A DNA stretch of 64,000 nucleotides from an uncultured Gemmatimonadaceae bacterium. Its GTDB lineage: Bacteria > Gemmatimonadota > Gemmatimonadetes > Gemmatimonadales > Gemmatimonadaceae. The notes under the pieces were generated by a model that saw nothing but the letters and a program-made list of their open reading frames with translations, did not search any database and was not told the DNA's origin. Position numbers and translations under genes: made by a program. Below are positions 11,237 through 20,402 of the stretch, one piece after another; the first letter of the stretch is position 1; each line of letters starts with the position of its first letter. The stretch spans positions 2,144,001 through 2,208,000 of the forward strand of contig CAWJMB010000002.1 in NCBI GenBank assembly GCA_963843845.1. The letters run 5' to 3'.

Positions 11237-12099
11237 CGTGCCCCGGGGGGTACGGCGAGCAGGATCGGCCCGATGAGCAGGTAGCTGAGCGGCAACACGA
11301 AGAACAGACTGTCGAAGCGGTCGAGGATGCCGCCGTGCCCCGGCAGCAGGTGCGAACTGTCTTTCACGCCTGCCTCTCGCTTCAGCAGCGACTCGGCCAG
11401 GTCCCCGATCTGTGCGGCGACGCTGACGACGAGGCCGAACAGGACGAGCGACAGCGGCGGGATCGCGAGCTGCGCGAACGGGCGCAGCGCGAACCGCTCG
11501 TACAGCACCGCGACGAGCGCCGTGACGACGAGCGCGCCGATGGCCCCCTCGACGGTTTTGCCCGGGCTCACCGACGGAATCAGCTTTCGCTTTCCCACGA
11601 TGCGCCCCACCGCGTACGCGCCGATGTCGCTCGCCCACGTGAGGAGCACGGGGAGGAGCACCATCGCCGTTCCCGCCGCGCGGCCGACGGCATAGTCGTG
11701 GTAGCGTAGCGCGTAGCCGTAGCACAACGGTGCGCTGACGTAGAGCACCCCGGTCACCGTGGTCGCGACCGCCGTGAGCGGCCGGCCGTTCACGCCGCGC
11801 ATCCAGATGGCCGCCGCGAGTAGCGCGAGCACGACGAGCACGCCCGACGACAGCGGCGCCTCGAACAGCCGCAGGTAGCGGGCGTGCACGAGCAGCGGCA
11901 ACAGCGCGGCGATGACGATCCCCGGGACGTCGAGCGGATCGCTGCCGCCTGCCCGCGCGATGCGGTAGAACTCCCAGGTGCCCACGGCGGCGACGACCCC
12001 CAGTAGCGTGGCGAGCGCCGCGTCGCCGAACCAGATGACGGCGATCGCGAGCGGCGCCGCCACGAGCGCGAACGCGATCCGCCGCGCCAGCTCGCTCAC
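11233..12099 (-). CDS. cdsA: Phosphatidate cytidylyltransferase
   Basis: SPGKTVEG, GDLAESLLKREAGVKDSSHLLPGHGGILDRFDS. Confidence 0.95.
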   Translation of the reverse strand: MSELARRIAFALVAAPLAIAVIWFGDAALATLLGVVAAVGTWEFYRIARAGGSDPLDVPGIVIAALLPLLVHARYLRLFEAPLSSGVLVVLALLAAAIWMRGVNGRPLTAVATTVTGVLYVSAPLCYGYALRYHDYAVGRAAGTAMVLLPVLLTWASDIGAYAVGRIVGKRKLIPSVSPGKTVEGAIGALVVTALVAVLYERFALRPFAQLAIPPLSLVLFGLVVSVAAQIGDLAESLLKREAGVKDSSHLLPGHGGILDRFDSLFFVLPLSYLLIGPILLAVPPGAR

Positions 12100-12109
12100 G
12101 CGCCCCCGC

Positions 12110-12865
12110 TCAGGCGGAGACCCGGCCGAACCGCCGATCGCGATTCTGGAACGCGAGCACCGCCTCGAACAGCTCGCGCCGCCCGAAGTCCGGCCATAGC
12201 ACCGCCGAGATGTAGAGCTCCGTGTACGCGATCTGCCAGAGGAGGAAATTCGAGATGCGAAGCTCGCCGGACGTGCGGATCAGCAGGTCGGGATCCGGGC
12301 AGTCGACCGTGTACAGCCGCTGCGAGATCGCATCCTCGTCGACGTCGTCGGGCGCGAGGCGGCCGGCGGCCACGTCGCGCGCGATCTCGCGGACCGCGCG
12401 CACGATCTCGGCGCGGCTTCCGTACGAGATGAACAGGTTCAGCGTGAGGCGGTCGTTGTGCTCCGTTTCGCGAATCACACGCTCGACCGCCTGGGCCGCA
12501 GCCGGCGTGAGCCGCTCGAGCGCGCCCAACACACGCACCCGTACGCCCTTGTCGCGCAGCTCGTCGACTTCGCGCGCGATGTACTCCTCGAGCAGCGACA
12601 TGAGCGCGCCGACCTCCGTCGCCGGCCGCTGCCAGTTCTCCTGCGAGAACGCGAACAGCGACAGCCATTCGACGCCCGCCTGGAGCGCGCCCTCGACGAC
12701 CGCGCGGACCGACTGCATCCCGGAGCGGTGGCCCAACGGCCGCGGCAGCAGGCGTTCGCGCGCCCAGCGCCCGTTGCCGTCCATGATGATCGCGACGTGT
12801 CGCGGGATCGCGCCGTGGACGCGAACCCTGCCTAACAGTTCCTCCGCGTGCTTCTCCGGCGACAC
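12110..12865 (-). CDS. uppS: Undecaprenyl diphosphate synthase
   Basis: HVAIIMDGNGRWA, FSQENW, DPDLLIRTSGELRISNFLLWQ. Confidence 0.96.
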   Translation of the reverse strand: MSPEKHAEELLGRVRVHGAIPRHVAIIMDGNGRWARERLLPRPLGHRSGMQSVRAVVEGALQAGVEWLSLFAFSQENWQRPATEVGALMSLLEEYIAREVDELRDKGVRVRVLGALERLTPAAAQAVERVIRETEHNDRLTLNLFISYGSRAEIVRAVREIARDVAAGRLAPDDVDEDAISQRLYTVDCPDPDLLIRTSGELRISNFLLWQIAYTELYISAVLWPDFGRRELFEAVLAFQNRDRRFGRVSA

Positions 12866-12876
12866 GTGTCTCCGCG

Positions 12877-13431
12877 TCAGACCGCCATGATCTCGGCTTC
12901 CTTCGTCTTCAGGAGGGCCTCGATCTGCGCGATGTAGTCGTCATGCTGCTTCTGCAAATCCTTCTCCGCCAGCTTCTTGTCGTCTTCCGAGATGCCGTCG
13001 AGCTTCTTCAGCCGGTCGCGCGCGTCGGTGCGGGCGTGGCGGATCGCGACGCGACCTTCCTCGGCCAGCTTGTGCACGACTTTGACGAGCTCCTTCCGGC
13101 GCTGCTCGTTCAGCGACGGCAGCGGCACACGGATCACGCCGCCCATGTTCGACGGCTCGAGACCGAGGTCGCTGTCGCGGATCGCCTTCTCGATCGCCTT
13201 CGCCTGGCCCTTGTCGTAGGGCGTGACCATGATGAGGCGCGGCTCGGGCGCGGCGACGCTCGCGACCTGGTTGAGCGCCATCTGCTGGCCGTACACCTCG
13301 ACACGCACGGTGTCGAGCATGTTCGCCGACGCTTTCCCGGCGCGGATCGACCCGAACTCGCGCTTCGCGGACTCGATCCCTTTGTCCATCCCGGTCTTGC
13401 TCTGCTGCAAGATCTCTTTGATCGTCGCCAT
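12877..13431 (-). CDS. frr: Ribosome recycling factor
   Basis: IRAGKAS, IRVPLPSLNEQRRKELVK, RVAIRHAR; start ATG at 13431. Confidence 0.96.
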   Translation of the reverse strand: MATIKEILQQSKTGMDKGIESAKREFGSIRAGKASANMLDTVRVEVYGQQMALNQVASVAAPEPRLIMVTPYDKGQAKAIEKAIRDSDLGLEPSNMGGVIRVPLPSLNEQRRKELVKVVHKLAEEGRVAIRHARTDARDRLKKLDGISEDDKKLAEKDLQKQHDDYIAQIEALLKTKEAEIMAV

Positions 13432-13457
13432 GGCGGTACGGGGCTGTGGGCCGGCTG

Positions 13458-14168
13458 TTAGCTGACGAGCGTGCCGACGTGCTCGCCCTTGATCGCGCGG
13501 AGCACCGCGCCCGGTTGATGGATGTTCAGTACGATCAGCGGCAGCGAGTTCTCTCTGCACAGCGTAATCGCCGTCTGATCCATCACGCGCAAGTCGCCGA
13601 GCATGACGTCGCGGTAGCCGATCTTCGGGTAGAACGTCGCGTTCGGGTCCTTCTTCGGGTCGGCCGAGTAGATGCCGTCGACGCTCGTCGCCTTGATGAT
13701 GACGTCGGCCTTCGTCTGGATCGCGCGCAACACTGCGGCCGTGTCGGTCGAAAAGTACGGGTTGCCGGTGCCGGCGGCAAAGATGCACGTCCGCTTCTGC
13801 TCGAGGTGTCGCAGCGCGCGACGGCGGATGTAGGGCTCCGCGAGTTCTTCCATGCGGATAGCGGTCATGACGCGCGTGTCGACGCCGCGCTTCTCGAGCA
13901 CGTCTTGCATCGCGAGCGCGTTGATGACCGTGCCGAGCATTCCCATGTAGTCGGCGCCCACGCGGTCCATTCCCATCGCCGAGAGCTGCGCGCCGCGCAC
14001 GATGTTACCGCCGCCGATCACGAGCCCGACCTCGGCTCCGGCGTTGATCGCTTCCTCGATCTCCCCTGCGAAGAAGGCCAGCCGATCGAGGTCGAAGCCG
14101 AAGCCGCGCTCTCCGGCGAAGGCCTCGCCGGAGAGCTTGAGCAGGATACGCGGGTAGCGTAGCGCCAC
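13458..14168 (-). CDS. pyrH: UMP kinase
   Basis: RILLKLSGE, GGGNIVRG, DYMGML, GTGNPYFSTD. Confidence 0.97.
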   Translation of the reverse strand: MALRYPRILLKLSGEAFAGERGFGFDLDRLAFFAGEIEEAINAGAEVGLVIGGGNIVRGAQLSAMGMDRVGADYMGMLGTVINALAMQDVLEKRGVDTRVMTAIRMEELAEPYIRRRALRHLEQKRTCIFAAGTGNPYFSTDTAAVLRAIQTKADVIIKATSVDGIYSADPKKDPNATFYPKIGYRDVMLGDLRVMDQTAITLCRENSLPLIVLNIHQPGAVLRAIKGEHVGTLVS

Positions 14169-14175
14169 CGCGCGC

Positions 14176-15036
14176 CTACTCCGCGCCGAGCTGGAAGCGC
14201 GCGAAGCGCTTGACCGTGGCGCCCGCCTTCTTCACGAGATCGCCGACGACGACCTTCGGGTCGCGCACCCACACTTGGTGGACGAGCGCGACGTCCTTGT
14301 AGTACGCCTCGATCTTTCCCGTCACGATCTTGTCGATCATCGCCTCGGGCTTCCCTTCGGCCTTCACCTGCTCGACGAAGATCGCGCGCTCGCGCTCGAT
14401 CACGTCGTTCGGAACGCTTTCCTTGTCGACACCGATCGGCGCCGCCGCGGCGATGTGTTCGGCGAGCGACCTGGCGAGCGCCACGAGCTCGTCACGCTTC
14501 GACGCCGCGTCCGGCGCGTCGACTTCGACGAGCACGCCGATCTTGCCGTTGAAGTGCGTGTACGAGCCGACGACGCCACTGCCGGCCGCGTCGTAGCGCA
14601 CCGCCTTGCGGAGCGAGACGGCCTCACCGGTCTTCGCGGCGAGCGCTTTCACGTACTCGTCCGTCGTCGCCGAGCTGTCGAGCCCTGTCGATGCCAGGAA
14701 CGACTCGGCGTCGGTCGTGGACGCGGTGTCGAGCGCGTGACGCGCCAGCGTCTTCGCGGCGCCCTGGAACTCGTCGTTCCGGGCCACGAAGTCCGTCTCG
14801 CAGTTCAACTCGATCATCGCGCCGGCGGAGTTGTCGTCCTTGAGCGCGATCGCGACGGCGCCTTCCGACGCCGCACGCCCGGCGCGCTTCTCGGCTTTCG
14901 CGATCCCCTTTTTCCGGAGCAGATCGATCGCGGCGTTCATGTCGCCACCGGTCTCATCGAGCGCTTTCTTGCAATCCATCATGCCGGCGCCGGTACGCTG
15001 GCGCAGCTCGGACACGTCTTTCGCAGTGATCGCCAT
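14176..15036 (-). CDS. tsf: Elongation factor Ts
   Basis: LRQRTGAGMMDCKKAL, ELNCETDFVA; start ATG at 15036. Confidence 0.97.
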   Translation of the reverse strand: MAITAKDVSELRQRTGAGMMDCKKALDETGGDMNAAIDLLRKKGIAKAEKRAGRAASEGAVAIALKDDNSAGAMIELNCETDFVARNDEFQGAAKTLARHALDTASTTDAESFLASTGLDSSATTDEYVKALAAKTGEAVSLRKAVRYDAAGSGVVGSYTHFNGKIGVLVEVDAPDAASKRDELVALARSLAEHIAAAAPIGVDKESVPNDVIERERAIFVEQVKAEGKPEAMIDKIVTGKIEAYYKDVALVHQVWVRDPKVVVGDLVKKAGATVKRFARFQLGAE

Positions 15037-15060
15037 CTGACTTTTCCTATGTTCGTGAGA

Positions 15061-15088
15061 ACGCCGCCGGCGGTCAGGCCGGCGGCGT
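15061..15088 (-). terminator. Hairpin (attenuator or processing site) between rpsB and tsf
   Basis: 11-bp perfect stem ACGCCGCCGGC/GCCGGCGGCGT with a 6-nt loop; weak U-tract. Confidence 0.5.
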
Positions 15089-15125
15089 ATCAAGCTAGCC
15101 GCACCGCAGAAGGAGAACTACCGGC

Positions 15126-16145
15126 TCACTCGGCCGGTGCGCTCTCGCCTCCACCCTGCCCTGCGTCGCTGGGCGCACCGGCGGCACCGGCAGCTCCGGC
15201 GTCACCCGCCTCGCCGCCCTCAGCGCCGGGCTTGTTGAGCCGCGCCGCGATCGCGTCCGGGCGCGCACGACGGCGACGCGGGCGCCGCTTGCGGTCGTCG
15301 CCGCCCTGACCGCCCTGGCCCTGGCCCTGACCACCCTGGCCCTGGCCGCCCTGCTCGCCGCCGCGGCCGCGGCCACCGCGGTCACCACCCGACGCCGGCT
15401 CGGCGCCACGGTCGGACGAGTACGTGTACGACTCGGAGTCGTCGGACTCCTGCCGCTGCGGCGCCGCGAGGCGCGCCTCGGCGATCGTGTCGGCGATGGC
15501 GTGCGTGATCAGCTCGACCGAGCGGATCGCGTCGTCGTTGCCGGCGATCGGGACGTTGATGAGGTCCGGGTCGGCGTTCGTGTCCACGATCGCGACCACC
15601 GGGATGCCCAGCTTGTTCGCCTCGTCGACCGCGATGCGCTCTTTCTTGGAGTCGACGACGAACAGCAGCCCCGGGAGGCGGCCCATGTTCTTGATGCCCG
15701 ACAGGTTCTTCGCGAGCTTGTCGCGCTGCCGGCTCATCATGAGCTGCTCTTTCTTCGTGTAGTTCTCGAACTCGCCCGTCTCGGCGCCCGACTCGAGCTC
15801 CTTGAGCTTGCGGACCTGCTTCTTGACCGTCGAGAAGTTCGTGAGCAGCCCGCCGAGCCATCGCTCGGTGACGTAGTACGCGCCCGAGCGCTCGGCCTCG
15901 CCACGCACGATCGAGGCGAGCTGCCGCTTCGTGCAGACGAACAGCACGTTCTCGCCGCGCGAGACGACCTCGCGGATGAGCTTCTGCGCCAGCTCGAGCT
16001 GCCGAAGCGTCTTCTGGAGATCGATGATGTGAATGCCGTTCCGCTCGGCGAAGATGAAGCGGCGCATCTTCGGGTTCCACCGGCGGGTCTGGTGGCCGAA
16101 GTGCACGCCGGCGGCGAGCAGCTCTTCGAGTTTTGGCTGTGACAT
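15126..16145 (-). CDS. rpsB: 30S ribosomal protein S2 with long low-complexity C-terminal tail
   Basis: LLAAGVHFGHQTRRWNPKM, RWLGGLLTN, IAGNDDAIRS; start ATG at 16145. Confidence 0.97.
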   Translation of the reverse strand: MSQPKLEELLAAGVHFGHQTRRWNPKMRRFIFAERNGIHIIDLQKTLRQLELAQKLIREVVSRGENVLFVCTKRQLASIVRGEAERSGAYYVTERWLGGLLTNFSTVKKQVRKLKELESGAETGEFENYTKKEQLMMSRQRDKLAKNLSGIKNMGRLPGLLFVVDSKKERIAVDEANKLGIPVVAIVDTNADPDLINVPIAGNDDAIRSVELITHAIADTIAEARLAAPQRQESDDSESYTYSSDRGAEPASGGDRGGRGRGGEQGGQGQGGQGQGQGGQGGDDRKRRPRRRRARPDAIAARLNKPGAEGGEAGDAGAAGAAGAPSDAGQGGGESAPAE

Positions 16146-16258
16146 TGGGAGAACTCTTCGTGTGGTTGTGTCGTCCGCTGTCGTCGACGCTGGCGGGGCT
16201 CCAGACCGTGGGTCCGGCACCACCCCGCCCGCTCAGGCAGCGTGTGAGATGGCTGCGA
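16146..16258 (-). promoter_or_regulatory. Putative rpsB leader (S2 autoregulatory / t44-like element)
   Basis: Intergenic 5' region with CACAC...GGGGTG...ACAACC elements reminiscent of the enterobacterial rpsB leader; GGCGGGG/CCCCGCC pairing. Confidence 0.45.
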
Positions 16259-16648
16259 CTAGCGCTTCGAGAACTGGAAGCGCTTGCGAGCCTTCGGACG
16301 GCCCGGCTTCTTGCGCTCGACCGCACGCGCATCACGCGTGAGGAGGCCGAGCTCGCGGAGGCGACGGCGGTAGCCTTCGTCCTGTTTGACGAGCGCGCGG
16401 GCGATCGCGAGGCGGAGCGCGCCGGCCTGTCCGGTCGACCCGCCACCGTCGATGTTCGCCATCACGTCCCACTTGCCGAGGTTGTCCGTAGCACTGAACG
16501 GCAGCTGGATCGACGAGACGAGCGTCGGCCGCGGGAAATAGTCCCCGATCGTGCGCCCGTTGATCTCCCACTTGCCCGAGCCGGGCTTGAGGTAGACGCG
16601 GCAGACCGCCTCTTTGCGGCGGCCCACGGCGTGAAGCTGATCGGCCAT
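16259..16648 (-). CDS. rpsI: 30S ribosomal protein S9
   Basis: GRRKEAV, GGGSTGQAGA, ERKKPGRPKARKRFQFSKR. Confidence 0.97.
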   Translation of the reverse strand: MADQLHAVGRRKEAVCRVYLKPGSGKWEINGRTIGDYFPRPTLVSSIQLPFSATDNLGKWDVMANIDGGGSTGQAGALRLAIARALVKQDEGYRRRLRELGLLTRDARAVERKKPGRPKARKRFQFSKR

Positions 16649-16651
16649 GGG

Positions 16652-17104
16652 TTACTTCGCCTCCGGCTTGGAGAAGGTCAGTGCCGTCGGCGCCTGCGCG
16701 ACGTGCGGGTGATCGCTGCCGCCGTAGACGCGGAGCTTGCGGCGAATGGAGTTGCGGGCGAGGCCGTTCTTCGGCAGCATCCCGAAGACCGCCTTCTCGA
16801 TCACGCGCTCCGGATTCTTCTCGATCATGGACGCGAACGGGATCTGCCGGTCGTGGCCCATGTAGCCGGTGTGCTTGAAGTACGTCTTCTGCTCGGCCTT
16901 GCGTCCCGTCACGCGAACCTTGCTCGCATTGATGACGATGACGTGGTCGCCGGTGTCCATGTGGGGCGTGAACATCGGCTTGTGCTTTCCGCGGAGGATC
17001 TTCGCGACCTCCGAGGCGAGGCGCCCGAGGACCATCCCCTCGGCGTCGACGACGAACCATTTCGGCTCGATGTCGGCGGGCGTCGCGGTGTACGTGGCTC
17101 TCAT
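16652..17104 (-). CDS. rplM: 50S ribosomal protein L13
   Basis: WFVVDAEGMVLGRLAS, GKHKPMFTPHMDTGD. Confidence 0.97.
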   Translation of the reverse strand: MRATYTATPADIEPKWFVVDAEGMVLGRLASEVAKILRGKHKPMFTPHMDTGDHVIVINASKVRVTGRKAEQKTYFKHTGYMGHDRQIPFASMIEKNPERVIEKAVFGMLPKNGLARNSIRRKLRVYGGSDHPHVAQAPTALTFSKPEAK

Positions 17105-17197
17105 CGTTTCCAGAGAAAAGACCTGCGCCTCACCGGTGCGTCATGCAACCCGGGTCTCGGCCGCCGCCGGAGCGGCGTTTTTTATGCGCAGTCTCGT

Positions 17198-17226
17198 AGG
17201 ATAGACGAGGGCTAAGTCCTTGTCAA
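17198..17226 (-). promoter_or_regulatory. Sigma70 promoter of the rplM operon
   Basis: Minus strand TTGACA-17 bp-TATCCT. Confidence 0.75.
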
Positions 17227-17413
17227 CCAACGCAGAACAAGCCGTGAGGAGGGCCGCCTGCGTGCGCCGACCGGACGACTCGTCCCGCCGCGCGAGGTCC
17301 CGGCGGCGTGCCGAACCCGCCGCGCGCACCGAGGCGTGGTAGCCGCGGTGCGGGCCGGCGAGCGCTGCGCGCCGACGTTCGCGAAGCGGCGCGTCCTCCC
17401 GACAGCCCGACGC

Positions 17414-17458
17414 GACCGAGGGGCCGAGGGCGCGTCACGCGCCCTCGGCCCCTCGGTC
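17414..17458. terminator. Long perfect inverted repeat downstream of the 17467..18357 gene
   Basis: GACCGAGGGGCCGAGGGCGCG-tca-CGCGCCCTCGGCCCCTCGGTC, a 21-bp perfect stem. Confidence 0.7.
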
Positions 17459-17466
17459 TACCACGA

Positions 17467-18357
17467 TCACGGATCGATGTTGAAGAACGATACTGTCGTC
17501 GTACGCCCACCCGCCGTCGCAACGTCCGCCGTCGCGTCGAGCCCGGCGCCCGCTTGGGGGAGAAACGTCGACTTCAGAGCGTCCGCCGGATCGGTCGTGA
17601 TGCCGGTGACGATCCAGGTATTACCAGACGTCGTGCCGGTCACGTACTGGAACTTCTCGGCCACGCGGTACGTGCCTGCCGCGACCGGGATCGGGTCCGT
17701 GCACTGGTTGACGCCGAGGACGTACGTCCCGATGGGGTGCGCCACGTCCGCCGCGCTGGCGAGCACGAAGGTGAACTTCTCGTTGCCGAAGTAGGCCGGC
17801 ACGTCGGAGATCGCCGCGTCGGGCCGCTTGCAGATCTTCAGGTACGCCTCGCCGGGCGTCGGCGGCACCGGCTGGTAGCAGACGACGTAGTGGCTGATGG
17901 TCGGCACGTTCCCGCCGCCGTTCAGCGGTGCCCGCAGGCCACTCGCCGTCGTCGTTCCGGCCGGGAACGTGTAGCGGTACGTGTCAGGCCCACCCTTCAC
18001 GAACACCGTGAGCACCGACGTGCTCGGCGCTCCACCGATGGCGGCGAAGCTCAGATACTGCCGGTCGGCGCCGCTCACCGTGAACGCGTAGCCGCCGATC
18101 TGCTGGCTGTAGGGGCCGTCGACCTTCGTGCCGAGCGACATCGCGTTGACGGTGCCGCACACCGTAGCCGCCGAGCCCGACACGTTGCCCGAGATCAGCA
18201 CCGGCGAGTACGGGGGCGGGGCGATCGTCGTCGCGCCCTTGGCGAAGGACGGGGCGACGGCGCCGCTCGGCGAGCGCGTCACCGCAGTCGGCTCCGAGCA
18301 GGCGGCGAACAACGTGAGGGCGAGCGTGACGGCAGCAGTACTGTTCGGATGGCGCAT
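17467..18357 (-). CDS. Secreted lipoprotein, beta-rich, with possible CnaB/SpaA-like C-terminal domain
   Basis: ATG at 18357; signal peptide with lipobox FAAC; VFVKGG...ISHYVVC domain; YLKICK...GTYRVAE...VSFFN. Confidence 0.65.
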   Translation of the reverse strand: MRHPNSTAAVTLALTLFAACSEPTAVTRSPSGAVAPSFAKGATTIAPPPYSPVLISGNVSGSAATVCGTVNAMSLGTKVDGPYSQQIGGYAFTVSGADRQYLSFAAIGGAPSTSVLTVFVKGGPDTYRYTFPAGTTTASGLRAPLNGGGNVPTISHYVVCYQPVPPTPGEAYLKICKRPDAAISDVPAYFGNEKFTFVLASAADVAHPIGTYVLGVNQCTDPIPVAAGTYRVAEKFQYVTGTTSGNTWIVTGITTDPADALKSTFLPQAGAGLDATADVATAGGRTTTVSFFNIDP

Positions 18358-18627
18358 CCAGTGACTCCACGTGACGGGGGGACCATCGCGGTCGCTCGGC
18401 GGGCCCGGCGTCTCACCGCGACGAGGCGTGCAGGCGGGGATGCCGCACGCCGTTCTCAGCTGGACGATGTGCGACCAGCTGCCCCAACATCTCTCACTGA
18501 ATCGCCAGCGCAATTGTGGCGTTCGTGCCACAGTCAGCCAGTCGCGCCCCCGGGGGTGGCCCGCGAACGAGCCCCGCCGCCGCCGCGGCCGGTGCCCCGG
18601 TTCGCCGGCGGACCCGCGTGCGCCGGC

Positions 18628-19128
18628 TCACTCCATCTCGACGAGTACCGCGCCCTTCTCGACGGCGGCGCCGGGCACGGCACGGATGGCGATCACGCGG
18701 CCGGCGCGCTGGGCGCGTAACTCGTTCTCCATCTTCATCGCCTCCATCACGACGAGCCCCTGCCCGGCGCTCACCGCGTCGCCGACGGCGACCTGCACTC
18801 GCACGATCAGCCCCGGCATGGGCGCGACCAGCGGCGCCGGGCCGGCGACGTCGGCGGCGGCGGCGGAGAGGTCGCGGATGGCGCGCGATCGCTCGTCGAG
18901 CGCCTCGGCATCGAAACGTCGTCCGTCGATGGAGAGCGTGTAGCGGCCCTTCACGTCGCCGCGCCTGGCGACGAGACGGTAGACCCGATCGCCGACGGTG
19001 AGCAGGCTCACCGGCGTTCCCGGCACGTCGACCAGTTGCGCGTCCAGCTGCTCGCCGTCGACCTCGATCGCGTGGGGAGCGATGTCGATCGTGCGGCGTT
19101 CCCCGTCCACTTCGACTATGTAGCGCAT
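18628..19128 (-). CDS. Biotin carboxyl carrier subunit of an acyl-CoA carboxylase
   Basis: APMPG, EAMKMENE biotinylation motif; start ATG at 19128. Confidence 0.92.
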   Translation of the reverse strand: MRYIVEVDGERRTIDIAPHAIEVDGEQLDAQLVDVPGTPVSLLTVGDRVYRLVARRGDVKGRYTLSIDGRRFDAEALDERSRAIRDLSAAAADVAGPAPLVAPMPGLIVRVQVAVGDAVSAGQGLVVMEAMKMENELRAQRAGRVIAIRAVPGAAVEKGAVLVEME

Positions 19129-20402
19129 TCGATGGCTCCGGTCGGTCGCAGCTCGCAGACGGTCTCCACGTGCGCGGTCTGCGGGAACATGTCGTACGGC
19201 GTGACGCGCTCGACGCTCCAGGAGGGGAGTCGCCCGAGGTCGCGGGCGAGCGTCGCGGGGTTGCAGCTCACGTAGAACAGCGCCCGCGGCGCCTGTGGCG
19301 CCGACGCGGCCCCTTCGAGCAGCTCGGTGACGCGGGCGTGGAGCCCCGCGCGCGGCGGGTTCGCGATCACGACGTCGGCAGGCAGCGCTTCCGGAAGGCG
19401 CGCCTCGACGGTGCCCTGCAACGCGATCGATCCGCCCGGCAGCCGCTCGCGCGCGAACGCGACCGCCTCGGCGTCGACCTCGATCGTCGTCACGCGCCGG
19501 CCCGCCTCGGCGACGCGCAGCGCCACGTCGCCTGCGCCGGAGTAGGCGTCGATCACGTGCGCCGGCGCCTTCGCGAGCACGGCGGCGAGCAGGTCGCTCT
19601 GCAACCGCTCGGAGACCGCGCGGTTCACCTGCACGAACGACGCACCGGGAACCGCCCGCTCGCGGCGGTCGAACAGCAGCCGGCGCGCGCCGCGCTCCGG
19701 CACCCACCAGAGTGCGACGAGCGCCGGCACCGCGTCGAAGAGTGCGCGGGCGTCCGGCCAGCGCGATCCCCCTTCGACGGTCAGCGCGCCGCCGCCATCG
19801 AGCAGGCGCAGTGACGCGCGGAGCGCGGGCGACGTCGCGGGCAGATGGCGAGCCGCTGCACGCACCTCGCGCCACATGGCGACGACTCGCGCGTCCGTGA
19901 TGGGGCAGTCGTCGAGGTCGAAGATCTTGCCGGGGGCGTCGTAGGCGTGCAGCCCGGCGATCCAGCGCGCGCCGCGCCGGCGCAGCGCGAGGGTGAGCTT
20001 CCGCCGGTAGCGCCACGGCTCGCCGGCCGCGCGCACGTCGTCGACCGACACGTGTCGTCTGCCGATGCGGCCGAGCGCGTCGCTCACGATGTGGCGCTTG
20101 GCCGCGCGCTGCGCGTCGAGCGCGAGGTGTTGCAGCTGGCACCCGCCGCACCGGTCCCGGACGTAGTGCGGGCACGGCGGCTCGACGCGCTGCGCCGACG
20201 GCGTCTCGACCGAGACGTCGTGCGCGCGTGCGAGTCGCCCCTCGACGCGCAGGGTGGCGCGCACGACGTCCCCGGGCGCCGTGCGCGGCGCGAACACGAC
20301 GAGCGCTCCGCTCCTCCCGACGCCGTCGCCTCCGGCCGCGATGCCGTCGATCGTGAGCTCGGCGCGGTCGGGCGCGCGAAGGCCGTTCCCGCCGGCGGTC
20401 AC
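19116..20402 (-). CDS. RlmD/TrmA-family RNA m5U methyltransferase (TRAM domain and 4Fe-4S motif)
   Basis: CPHYVRDRCGGCQLQH, SFVQVN, DAYSGAG, NPPRAG, YVSCNPATLARD, DMFPQTAHVE. Confidence 0.92.
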   Translation of the reverse strand: MTAGGNGLRAPDRAELTIDGIAAGGDGVGRSGALVVFAPRTAPGDVVRATLRVEGRLARAHDVSVETPSAQRVEPPCPHYVRDRCGGCQLQHLALDAQRAAKRHIVSDALGRIGRRHVSVDDVRAAGEPWRYRRKLTLALRRRGARWIAGLHAYDAPGKIFDLDDCPITDARVVAMWREVRAAARHLPATSPALRASLRLLDGGGALTVEGGSRWPDARALFDAVPALVALWWVPERGARRLLFDRRERAVPGASFVQVNRAVSERLQSDLLAAVLAKAPAHVIDAYSGAGDVALRVAEAGRRVTTIEVDAEAVAFARERLPGGSIALQGTVEARLPEALPADVVIANPPRAGLHARVTELLEGAASAPQAPRALFYVSCNPATLARDLGRLPSWSVERVTPYDMFPQTAHVETVCELRPTGAIECAT

